The notes beneath the pieces are model-generated. The model saw nothing but the letters and a program-made list of their open reading frames with translations, did no database searches and was not told the origin of the DNA. A DNA stretch of 64,000 bases from Nostoc sp. Its GTDB lineage: Bacteria > Cyanobacteriota > Cyanobacteriia > Cyanobacteriales > Nostocaceae. Position numbers and translations under genes: made by a program. Shown one piece after another: positions 54,896-64,000 of this stretch; within the stretch, counting starts at the first letter, position 1; the number at the start of each line of letters is the position of its first letter. The stretch lies in NCBI GenBank assembly GCA_036918135.1, contig JBALDB010000056.1, positions 352,001 to 416,000 of the forward strand, in the 5' to 3' direction.

Positions 54896-57082
54896 TTAGT
54901 TTATCGGTTCTACAATGACACAGCGGCTTAACCACGAGGGTTGAGTTGCATCAATTCCTGGTGGGAAAGTTGTTCTAGCGATTATTTGTAGACGAGATGG
55001 TTCGATACCTAATTTAATCAATGCTTGTTGTACAGCTTTTGCTCGTGTCAATGCTAATTTTTGAGAGGTATTTTTACTATTATGGTCATAACTATAACCA
55101 ATGATTTTTAAATGCTGATTTGGGTGCTGATTGAGAAAAAATTTGACCTGTTTAACTTTATGTCCTAAATCAGCTTTCATCAGATTGGCTGACTCAGGTT
55201 GAAAGTAAAATCGCACTTCAATCTGTAAAGGTTCTACTCGCACTGCACTAGACACAACTTTTACACCTGGAATTTGCTCAAATGCATGAGAAATAGTTCG
55301 AGCATCTGTAATCCGGTTAACAGTACCTTCAATAAACACTTTACCTGCAATGTATTGACTAAAAATAGCTGTACCCTCTGTTTGATTTAAAATTGCTGTA
55401 ACTCGTTTGACTTCAGCAGCGGCTAATACAGGATCTGCTGGTATTTCGACTAATAAAATTTGATTATTAATCAACCAATTAGGAGAGGTTTGTTTGACGA
55501 TTTGTTCAGCTTTCTGGCGAAGAAGTTGATTTGGTAATCTTCCAGTTAATTTTAATTTATTATCTTCTACTTGCACTGTTAACCGATACACAGCTAATTC
55601 GGGAGTAGAAGTTAGAGCTAACAAAGTTTTATTTTCAATAGAACGTATCACTCCAGTCTGGTATTGCCAAAAGCCCCAAGGAATGAAAATACTGCTGAAA
55701 ACTGTCAAACCGAATATTAGTAAAGGTGATAATTTTTTTTTCTTTTTATGCTGAATAGCTATCTCTTGAAGTTCTTGTAAAAGTGCATTAACTTCACTAG
55801 GAATAGTATCTAAATCTCCATCAAAATTTTCAATTATTTCGCCATGCTTTTTAATAATTTTGCTGAAATTCTGTCGCATTTTATAAATAAAGTTTTTGTT
55901 TGGTTCTCCTTGAATAACAATGGCTAAATAACAGTAGCCTGCAACTTCTAAAATTATTTTTGAGGTTCCGTAGGCAATTGTATCTAATTCGGTCACACCT
56001 CCAGATTGATTAATGCAATCATTGGCAAAGCTGCGAATCGCAGTCAGCATTCCTGCTACCATTTCAGCCTCAAGCTGCTGTGTATCAGAGCGTTGAATAT
56101 TTGAGATAATTAAACCAGATGGTTTATGAATCAAGAAAATGGCTTGAATTGCAAATGGCAGAGCTTCTTTAAGAATTAATTCTGCTTCTGAAACTCCCTG
56201 TAACTTGGCACGAATTTTACGTTTAATTCCTTCTACGCTGAGGGTTTCTTCAACTTGTCGGTTAATAGCACGGATTGTCTCTGCCATATATTTGGCTATG
56301 GTACTACCAATAATTGGGTAGAGTGCATCGACAACAATATTTTCTTCAATTTCAACTTGCTTTTTAATTGCTCGTCCTATTGCCGGAGCGATCGCATCTG
56401 ATACTTCCTGTGGTGCAACAATAATTTGTTGGGAAATTGCTAGAGGAACAGCAGGTGCGATCGCTTCACTCATACTTGCTCTATCCTGTTCAGTACGACT
56501 ACGGATAGTGCGATCGATAATAGGAGCAATTATCTCTATAATTTCCTCTTTTGATTCAGCCAGCTTCAGTTTTAAAAGCTCAGAGATCCAGGGTAACAAT
56601 AGATTGATTAACTCTTTTGGTTCATAAATTTGATATTCTAATTTTGTTGTTTTTTCTTGAACTTTATTAATAATATTATTTAAGTCTGCTAGTTCCTGTC
56701 CAACTAAAATTTGTTGTAATTTTTGAAATGCATCCTCTGATTTTTCAGAAATGTTCTCATAATCTGTATATATTTCAAGAGATTTTTCTAACTCTTCTTC
56801 AGCAATTTTTGATAAATTAGGTACGTGACAAACAGAATTAAAAGTAGACTCTAAATAAGCTTCACACACCTCCAATGGAACTGAAGGAAGTTGCAATAAT
56901 TCAGTTTTTTCTGAAAAATACTCGTAACTATTATTATTTTTTAATTGTAATTGAGAAAAAGATTGCTGAGGTGAATCAATAATTTTGAGTTCGACAAGTA
57001 AATGTACTAAATTCTCAAGCTGTGTAACTTCTTCTTCTTTTAATTCAACAGATTGAGAAATTGAATGTTCCACCTGAGTCAT
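54896..57082 (-). CDS. Membrane protein: helical repeats + longin/roadblock-like domain + TM + BON + OmpA-like domain
   Basis: QAIFLIHKPSGLII...MVAGMLTAIRSF, KKKKK followed by a TM, LKLTGRLP (BON-like), and FYF...IIGYS...LALTRAKAVQQALIKLGI...R (OmpA-like). Confidence 0.8.
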   Translation of the reverse strand: MTQVEHSISQSVELKEEEVTQLENLVHLLVELKIIDSPQQSFSQLQLKNNNSYEYFSEKTELLQLPSVPLEVCEAYLESTFNSVCHVPNLSKIAEEELEKSLEIYTDYENISEKSEDAFQKLQQILVGQELADLNNIINKVQEKTTKLEYQIYEPKELINLLLPWISELLKLKLAESKEEIIEIIAPIIDRTIRSRTEQDRASMSEAIAPAVPLAISQQIIVAPQEVSDAIAPAIGRAIKKQVEIEENIVVDALYPIIGSTIAKYMAETIRAINRQVEETLSVEGIKRKIRAKLQGVSEAELILKEALPFAIQAIFLIHKPSGLIISNIQRSDTQQLEAEMVAGMLTAIRSFANDCINQSGGVTELDTIAYGTSKIILEVAGYCYLAIVIQGEPNKNFIYKMRQNFSKIIKKHGEIIENFDGDLDTIPSEVNALLQELQEIAIQHKKKKKLSPLLIFGLTVFSSIFIPWGFWQYQTGVIRSIENKTLLALTSTPELAVYRLTVQVEDNKLKLTGRLPNQLLRQKAEQIVKQTSPNWLINNQILLVEIPADPVLAAAEVKRVTAILNQTEGTAIFSQYIAGKVFIEGTVNRITDARTISHAFEQIPGVKVVSSAVRVEPLQIEVRFYFQPESANLMKADLGHKVKQVKFFLNQHPNQHLKIIGYSYDHNSKNTSQKLALTRAKAVQQALIKLGIEPSRLQIIARTTFPPGIDATQPSWLSRCVIVEPIN

Positions 57083-57256
57083 ATCAGTAAATCTCGTCTT
57101 GAAAAGTGCTGTTAGCTTTCTGTGGGACTTTTAGACTGTGCTGAGTTAAGAATTAGGAACGAGCCGGAGACTTTAAAAGCTCCGGTTAAAAATTATTTAC
57201 CTCATCCCCCTCATCTTCTACTGTGATTAAGAATGTAACTCTACCGTACTGTTGGA

Positions 57257-57883
57257 CTAAGTTAACATTTTTGAGAACTTTGTAGTTTCTAGAAGCGGTA
57301 CGGCAGTATAATCGTTGCTGCGTTCATCGGCGGCTTCTCGAAGCTGAGGAATAAATTCAGTTTCTTTTAGGCGCATTCCTAAAGCAAACAAGGTTTCAGC
57401 TATATCGTCTTTAGAAACCTTGGTATTTGTCAACTGTGAAAAGCGGCGATCTATTTCTTCTAAAATTAGATCCCGTAGGGCGCTAACATCATCTTGTAAT
57501 TGGACTTTGGTTTGAAAGATTTCATCTCGGATTGAGGTAGTTTGGCTATCTAAGGCGTCATCAAGGGACTGAACACTACTAGAGAACTTTTTATTAAGTC
57601 GATCGACTTGTTGGCGTAAGTCAAGAGTTTCTTCTTGAGTTGTAATGTTGAGTGACTTTAGCTTTTTCTCTACTGCCTCAAACCCCACTTTTAGTTCGGT
57701 GGAAAAGTTGGACTTGAGTTGCTCAACATGCGATCGCATTTGTTGTTGCAACAAAGAAATATCTGACTCCAGTTTACTAAATCGATTTTCGTACTCTCTT
57801 AGCTGTGTACCAAAAATAATATCGCGGATCTGATCGATATTGCCCAGCCGTTCTCGTACATCGTCTCTACTCATCTGACTCAT
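57257..57883 (-). CDS. Coiled-coil hypothetical protein
   Basis: IDQIRDIIFG followed by a long heptad-rich helix. Confidence 0.8.
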   Translation of the reverse strand: MSQMSRDDVRERLGNIDQIRDIIFGTQLREYENRFSKLESDISLLQQQMRSHVEQLKSNFSTELKVGFEAVEKKLKSLNITTQEETLDLRQQVDRLNKKFSSSVQSLDDALDSQTTSIRDEIFQTKVQLQDDVSALRDLILEEIDRRFSQLTNTKVSKDDIAETLFALGMRLKETEFIPQLREAADERSNDYTAVPLLETTKFSKMLT

Positions 57884-57988
57884 TAGGAAAACCTCAGAAC
57901 CTACTTTGAGGACATCAAATTTATTATTCCCATTTGTTTACAAGTTATATCTATAAAATAAAATTAGTTATTTGCAAAGTAAAAATGA

Positions 57989-60900
57989 CTAATTAGCAAT
58001 GATTAAAAACTCTTGGATGCGTTTAACAAAATCTTCTAACTCTAAAAGGAATTTATTAGTACCTCGACGTTCTTGGTTGCGAGCTAGTTGTTCTAATTTT
58101 TCTGCTGCCAGGTGCATGGTTGTAACACCCATATTAGCACTAGCACCTTTAATTTGATGAGCTTCTCGCGCTAGTTGCTCAAAATCATGAGCTGCGATCG
58201 CCATTTGAATTATTTCTAAACGAGCTTGAATATCTTCAACAAATATTTGTAGTAATTCAATTTCAAATTCTGGGTTATTTTCTGAGAGTTGATGCAAGCG
58301 TTCCCAATCAATTGGTAGGTCAACTAAATCGGCATCTTTTGTACTAATTGTCTGCTTTGAAACAACAGTTTGTTTGGGCAATATCAGCATTGTCCAATGC
58401 TCTAGAGCCGCTGCCAATTTTTCCTTGATTACTGGCTTGCTCAAATAGTCATCCATGCCTGCATCTAGACACATTTGTTTGTCTTCTTTCATCGCATTAG
58501 CTGTCATCGCAATTACCACAGGACGACGACCACCTGCAAAGCAGTTTTCTTGCCAACGATGAATTTCTTTTGTGGCTTCTAAACCATCAAGAACTGGCAT
58601 TTGGCAGTCCATCAAAATTAAATCGTAGGGAATTTTTTCTAATAACTGCAACACTTCTTGCCCATTAGCAGCAACATCAGCACTGTAGCCGAGACTCTGG
58701 AGTTGCTTCAAAGCTACTTTCTGATTTACCAAATTATCCTCAGCTAAAAGAATTCTTAATTTAGGAGAGTTAGAAGTGGCAGGGACAGGGAGATACGGGG
58801 ACACGGGGAATGGACTAGATAGATTCTGTGCGTCTTTCAACGCTACTTGGTTTAAGTTGGGGAAGCCGTCCAATGCAGTGGCTCCTGTTTGCGTCACCGC
58901 CTCCTCTTGTTTTGGTTCTAATTGCGTTTCTAAAATAGCCAAGATTGTATCGAGAAGTCGGGACGGCTTTACAGGTTTGACCAAATAAGCTGCAAATCCA
59001 ATTTTTAGCGCTTGTTGGACTTCATCTCGTTGATTAGTAGAGGTGAGCATAATCAAAGGTAACTGGGCGATCGCCCAATTGTTCTTAATTTGCTCTCCCA
59101 AAGTCAAGCCATCTATTTCTGGCATCTGCATGTCAATCACAGCAATGTCATAGAAACTATTGTGCTTAGCAGCTTGTTCAATAGCTTTGAGGGCAATAGT
59201 AGCAGAAGCAGCTTGGTCTACTACCATCCCCCAACGGGTAGCTTGATAGTGGATAATTTTGCGATTAGTAGCATTATCATCGACTACTAACAAGCGGCGA
59301 TTAGTTAGAAGTGCGCGTTCGCCCTTGGTGTTGGTGAAGCCATCGTGTATTGACGAAATTGGGTGAAGTTGTTTGGGGAGAGTTATTTCAAACCAAAACT
59401 TAGATCCTTTACCCGGATGACTTTCTACGCCAATTTCTCCTCCCATCAAGTTCACTAGTTGCTTGCAGATAGCTAATCCCAAACCTGTACCGCCATATTT
59501 ACGGGTAGTGGAAGCATCTACTTGGGTAAATGGCGTAAACAGTTTGGATTGGTCTTGGGAGCTAATGCCAAGACCAGTATCTATGATGGCGAAATAGATG
59601 GTGGCTGTAGTCGAGGAGTGCGATCGCAATTCTACTCGCACTATTACTTCTCCACTGCTGGTGAATTTGATCGCATTGCTGATTAGGTTCATCAAAATTT
59701 GCCGCAAACGACCAGCATCACCTTGGAGATCGGTCGGGACGTTAGGATAAATCAAGGCTGCAATTTCTAATCCCTTGTTATGAGCTGGGGGAGCTAATAA
59801 TTCCAGCACCTCTTCTATACAGGTAGATAAGTTAAAATCTAGAGTTTCTAACACCATCTCCCCAGCTTCAAGTTTGGACAGATCCAAAATTTCGTTAATT
59901 AGACTTAACAGTGCGTCTCCACTAATGCGAATTGTTTCCATAAAATCGCGTTGCTCCCAGTTGAGGGGAGTTTCCAACATTAAGCCTGTCATCCCCAATA
60001 CAGCATTCATGGGGGTACGAATTTCATGGCTCATGTTAGCTAAAAAAGCGCTTTTGGTTTTAGAAGCTAATTCAGCTTCGTGACGAGCAACTTCAAGTTC
60101 TCGTCGCTGTTGAGTTTCTGCATCTAACATTTGGGCTTGGGCTAAGGCGATACCTACTTGATCGGCTATTTGCCGTAAAAGATGAGTTTCAAAGCTAGAC
60201 CATTGGCGAGAACTACCGCACTGATGAACAATCAGTAAACCGCAGAGTTCTTCTTTGACAAGAATCGGCACAACTAAATTTGACTTGACTCCAAATTGTT
60301 GGAGTAATTCTATGTGATTTTTTTGTACTTCACCTATATCTAAATCTGCAAGCCCGGAATTTCGTTTTTGACGATACTGCTGTAGATAGTACTGTTGTAG
60401 ATATTCTGCTTGAAAGTAAGTATCGGTGAGCTTTTTCTCTTTGATTGTCAACCACCCAGAAACTACTGCTTCGACGATGGTGCTTGTAGATTCATCAGGT
60501 TGATAGATTAAGACTCGATCGCTATGGAGAATTTTCTGTACCTCTGTAACAGCAATTTGCAGAATTTCTTTAATTTGCAAAGACTGGCGAATCTTCAGGG
60601 TGATTTCAGTAAATAATTGCGATCGCAAGTTTTGGCGTTGAAGTTCTTCTTCTGCTTGTTTGCGCTCAATAAACTGTCCGACTTGCTCGCCAATCGAATT
60701 CATCACTTCTGCCAAATCTGGGTCGGGTTGCTGGATTTCATGGCTAAAGCAAGTAATCACACCAAGGATTTTTTTACCTCCACAGATGGGAAAACCAAAA
60801 GCTCCATGCAGTCCTGCTTCAGCAGCGATTTTTAAGCGCATAAAACCGTTATCTTTAGCAACATCAGTAATCCAAACAGGTTCGGCATTAGCCCACACAC

Positions 60901-62713
60901 GACCAGGCAATCCAATTCCGGGCGCAAAAGTTATCTGCCGACTGAGTATGTCAAATTCCTGCATTTCTAATGATGTTTTATACCAATTATCTAAAAAAGT
61001 CAGTATATTAACTTCCCGATCCACCATCCAAATTTCACTCACAGCCGCTCCCAAACTCTCGCAGATTCCTTGCAGAATTAGGTGCATGGCTTCTTTGATG
61101 GTGGTAGACTCTGCTAAGACGCGGGTTGTAGCATATTGTGCTTTAAGATGCTGTTCGGTGCGTTTGCGCTCGCTGATATCAATACCTGTGGCAACAATGT
61201 ATTCCACGCGACCCTCGTAGTCTTGCAAAATAGTGTTAGCCCAGGCAATTAGTCGCCGACTCCCATCCTTCGTTACCCAATAGTTTTCATACTCATTAGG
61301 CCCTTTACCATTTCGCAATTGCTCAAACACTGCTTTAACTGGCTCTATCTGTTCGGGTACTAAAAATAAATTCCAGAAATACCTGCCTCTGACTTCATCA
61401 AATGAGTAACCAGTTGTTTGCTCGCAAGCTTGATTGAAGCGAATAATTTGCCCTTGGGTGTCAACAACTACTACCAAAGCACTGGCTGTATCAAGAACTG
61501 CGGAGATAAAGTTGCGTTCTTGGTTGAGCGTCTCTTCTGTCAATTTACGCTCTCTGACTTCACGATAAATGAAGTAGTAGAGTATGGCTAGAACAATAAA
61601 ACTCAGACAAATAGCGATCGCAAGCGTCAAAATCGTGTTGTTAGCACTGGCTTTGGCAGCTTGTGATTGCTGCTGAAGCAATCCTTTGTCCTCATTCTCC
61701 ATCTCATCGATCGCCTTGCGGATATCATCCATGAGATTCTTTCCCTGATTTGTCTGGATTAACTCCAACGCCGCCTCGAATCCCTGATTTTGGCGCAAGT
61801 CTATTGTCTGCTTGAGTATGGCAAGTTTTGCAGCTATCAGGGGTTTAAGGATTACGAACTGCTTTTGTTGGCTGGGATGAGCTGCGATTAAATCCTCCAG
61901 TTCTTCAATTGTTCGATCGATGTTTCTAAGTGCTGCTTGGTGAGGTTCTAAATAACTTTCTTGCCCAGTCAGGATGTAACCGCGTTGTCCAGTTTCAGCA
62001 TCCTTCATCTCAGACAGTAGTTCTTCGAGCTTATTAATTTTCTCTTGGGTTTTTTGTACCTGATTATTATTATTAATTAATAAGATTGTGTTCTGATAAG
62101 AAATTACGCCAATCAAGACTAAAATTGCTGATGCTAACCCAAACCCACCAGCAACTCTTTGAAAAAATTGTTTGCGTTTCTTTTGTACTTGGTTGCGCGT
62201 ATCATTCGCTAAGACCAAACTTGCTAAGTTGCGCCGCATTTCTAATTGTTTGATTACCTGGCGACCGATAATTCGTAATGCTTCAACTTGTTCTGGAGAA
62301 AGATTTCTAGGTACACGATCGACTACACAAATTGTTCCTAACGCATATCCTTCAGGATTAGTCAACGGTACACCAGCATAAAACCGTACATGAGGATCGG
62401 AAATAACTGCCGGGTTAGTAGAAAACCTTTCGTCTTGTGTAGCATCAGGGACAACAAAAACTTCAGGTTCCAAAATAGCATGGGCACAGAATGCCTCATC
62501 TCTGGGCGTTTCTAGGGCATCTAAGCCAACTTTTGACTTGAACCACTGGCGATCGCTATCGACTAAACTAATTAAGGCAATGGGAGTTCCACAAATATAT
62601 GAGGCTAGACGAGTCAGGTCGTCAAAAGCAACTTCCGAAGGAGTATCGAGGATCTTATACTGCAAAAGAGACTCAATTCGCTGTGTTTCGTTATCAGGTA
62701 ATGGTGCTTTCAT
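57989..62713 (-). CDS. Hybrid histidine kinase: GAF-TM-CHASE3-TM-PAS-GAF-GAF-HisKA-HATPase-REC-REC-Hpt
   Basis: [13 protein letters not shown] (CHASE3), [10 protein letters not shown], two receivers and AHQIKGAS. Confidence 0.93.
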   Translation of the reverse strand: MKAPLPDNETQRIESLLQYKILDTPSEVAFDDLTRLASYICGTPIALISLVDSDRQWFKSKVGLDALETPRDEAFCAHAILEPEVFVVPDATQDERFSTNPAVISDPHVRFYAGVPLTNPEGYALGTICVVDRVPRNLSPEQVEALRIIGRQVIKQLEMRRNLASLVLANDTRNQVQKKRKQFFQRVAGGFGLASAILVLIGVISYQNTILLINNNNQVQKTQEKINKLEELLSEMKDAETGQRGYILTGQESYLEPHQAALRNIDRTIEELEDLIAAHPSQQKQFVILKPLIAAKLAILKQTIDLRQNQGFEAALELIQTNQGKNLMDDIRKAIDEMENEDKGLLQQQSQAAKASANNTILTLAIAICLSFIVLAILYYFIYREVRERKLTEETLNQERNFISAVLDTASALVVVVDTQGQIIRFNQACEQTTGYSFDEVRGRYFWNLFLVPEQIEPVKAVFEQLRNGKGPNEYENYWVTKDGSRRLIAWANTILQDYEGRVEYIVATGIDISERKRTEQHLKAQYATTRVLAESTTIKEAMHLILQGICESLGAAVSEIWMVDREVNILTFLDNWYKTSLEMQEFDILSRQITFAPGIGLPGRVWANAEPVWITDVAKDNGFMRLKIAAEAGLHGAFGFPICGGKKILGVITCFSHEIQQPDPDLAEVMNSIGEQVGQFIERKQAEEELQRQNLRSQLFTEITLKIRQSLQIKEILQIAVTEVQKILHSDRVLIYQPDESTSTIVEAVVSGWLTIKEKKLTDTYFQAEYLQQYYLQQYRQKRNSGLADLDIGEVQKNHIELLQQFGVKSNLVVPILVKEELCGLLIVHQCGSSRQWSSFETHLLRQIADQVGIALAQAQMLDAETQQRRELEVARHEAELASKTKSAFLANMSHEIRTPMNAVLGMTGLMLETPLNWEQRDFMETIRISGDALLSLINEILDLSKLEAGEMVLETLDFNLSTCIEEVLELLAPPAHNKGLEIAALIYPNVPTDLQGDAGRLRQILMNLISNAIKFTSSGEVIVRVELRSHSSTTATIYFAIIDTGLGISSQDQSKLFTPFTQVDASTTRKYGGTGLGLAICKQLVNLMGGEIGVESHPGKGSKFWFEITLPKQLHPISSIHDGFTNTKGERALLTNRRLLVVDDNATNRKIIHYQATRWGMVVDQAASATIALKAIEQAAKHNSFYDIAVIDMQMPEIDGLTLGEQIKNNWAIAQLPLIMLTSTNQRDEVQQALKIGFAAYLVKPVKPSRLLDTILAILETQLEPKQEEAVTQTGATALDGFPNLNQVALKDAQNLSSPFPVSPYLPVPATSNSPKLRILLAEDNLVNQKVALKQLQSLGYSADVAANGQEVLQLLEKIPYDLILMDCQMPVLDGLEATKEIHRWQENCFAGGRRPVVIAMTANAMKEDKQMCLDAGMDDYLSKPVIKEKLAAALEHWTMLILPKQTVVSKQTISTKDADLVDLPIDWERLHQLSENNPEFEIELLQIFVEDIQARLEIIQMAIAAHDFEQLAREAHQIKGASANMGVTTMHLAAEKLEQLARNQERRGTNKFLLELEDFVKRIQEFLIIAN

Positions 62714-62908
62714 CTTTAAGCCTTATACCATTTTGGATTTTCAAAAAAGAAAATTCAGGAGTTAGAAATTACGAGTCAGAATTCAAAAGTCAGGAGTTAG
62801 GAGTCAAAATTAAGAAGACTTTAATACTCAAGCTTTATAATTTGAAGAAAATCAAAAATCTATAGCACACTTGATTCAATATTCCTACTGAATTCTGAAT
62901 TCTTTTGA

Positions 62909-64000
62909 TTAAAATTTGACACGTAACTGTCCTGTTAAAGAGTTACCGCTGTAAGCGCTTTCTCCTGTATCTTGATTGCGGACATTACTAAAGCTATAGC
63001 CCAAGTCTGCTTCGATATTGGGTGAGAGCTTTACTGTACAGCGTGTTTGATAGGTATTAGCGTTGTCGAATTCTCCTTTAAGTCGCTGTCGTCCTAAGTT
63101 GGCAGCTAGGCGACAGCGTAAGAATTTGGTAATATCGCCTTCCCAAGCTACCTCAGCGTTGTAGACTAAGAAATCTGGTGGTGAAAAATAGCCACTTGTG
63201 CGTTCTAAATCGCGCTCGTAACTCCAAGTAAATAAGTTGGCTGCTAGAGAAAATTGTCCGAATTTCCGCTCTAGCCTGCTAAAAGTCTGTACATCAGAAT
63301 TACCATCGTTGTAGTTACCCAAACGCAACGAAGAAAACAAGCTGGTGTTTCGGTCAATTTGCCAGTATAAATCAGGCCCAAATCGCCAAGCAGTAATTTG
63401 GTTTTCTAAAGTTCGGGCATTGGATTTATAAGGCCCTTGTTCCAAATTACCTGATAGTACTAATAGCGATCGCAATTGGCCTGATGGCGAAACTCGTGCT
63501 GGCAAAATCGGAGCCTCTACCTTAGCATTGAGATTAATCGCTGTAGGTAAACGGTCGAACACATCAACTCCGGCTGCTGTTTGCAACGTCACTTGCCCAA
63601 TTTTTCCTTGCCATCCAACTTGCAAGGGAAAATTGCTAACTGATTCAACACCACGTTGCTCAAAGAAATCAAAACCTGTCTTAAAGAATATTTTATTACC
63701 ATTTCTCAATCGCAACTGTAACGTCGGTTCGATGAATAAATTGGTTTGCCCAAAGTTGTCTGTATCATAGCGATAGTCTGTATCAATACTTTCCAAAACT
63801 GCACTCGGTGTTCCCGGTTTGGTAGAAGTTGTTGGTGGGCTAGAATTCTCTGGTGGTTTGGGTGGCGGTGGCGGTAGTCGCAAATCGGGATTGAAGTTTT
63901 CCGGTGCTGCAATCAAAAATCGATGGGACAGAGGTTTTGCAAGTTCTAAGTCATACTGAGTTGCATTTATTGGGGAGAATAAGGGGGATTTCCTATTTTC
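62909..64000 (-). CDS. Outer-membrane beta-barrel protein, 5' end outside the window (candidate polysaccharide export pore)
   Basis: The frame stays open to the window edge (ENRKSPLF...RFLIAAPENFN). It has alternating beta-strand patterns, a GYFSP motif and a C-terminal Phe (GQLRVKF). Confidence 0.72.
   Translation of the reverse strand, partial: ENRKSPLFSPINATQYDLELAKPLSHRFLIAAPENFNPDLRLPPPPPKPPENSSPPTTSTKPGTPSAVLESIDTDYRYDTDNFGQTNLFIEPTLQLRLRNGNKIFFKTGFDFFEQRGVESVSNFPLQVGWQGKIGQVTLQTAAGVDVFDRLPTAINLNAKVEAPILPARVSPSGQLRSLLVLSGNLEQGPYKSNARTLENQITAWRFGPDLYWQIDRNTSLFSSLRLGNYNDGNSDVQTFSRLERKFGQFSLAANLFTWSYERDLERTSGYFSPPDFLVYNAEVAWEGDITKFLRCRLAANLGRQRLKGEFDNANTYQTRCTVKLSPNIEADLGYSFSNVRNQDTGESAYSGNSLTGQLRVKF

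Noticed and set aside
60660..61220. 186 aa plus-strand ORF and similar antisense ORFs across the window
   Set aside because: These are shadow frames opposite well-supported genes.

Overview
This window looks like the chromosome of a filamentous, Nostoc-like cyanobacterium: frequent HIP1 GCGATCGC octamers, heptamer tandem repeats and small dispersed repeats. The first ~41 kb hold housekeeping and accessory genes: a divergent cobH-like fragment, glyS, murD, tsaB, a cbiG-cobJ fusion, a PBP-DUF4912 repeat protein, a double hybrid kinase, a PAS-Crp regulator, MarR- and TetR-linked efflux operons and an SBP56 protein. Several decayed genes and nested repeat elements lie among them. The most interesting part is 41.9-64 kb, a candidate integrated system. 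It combines a putative polysaccharide module (two DUF3131 proteins, a PilZ-less BcsA-like GT2, a PIG-L deacetylase, an outer-membrane barrel), an RsbU/V/W-type partner switch, two hybrid kinases with nearly identical REC-Hpt tails, and a Rab-like GTPase encoded beside a longin/roadblock-like-TM-BON-OmpA protein and a coiled-coil protein. All family assignments come from motif recognition by eye; no searches were run. I saw no rRNA, tRNA or CRISPR array.
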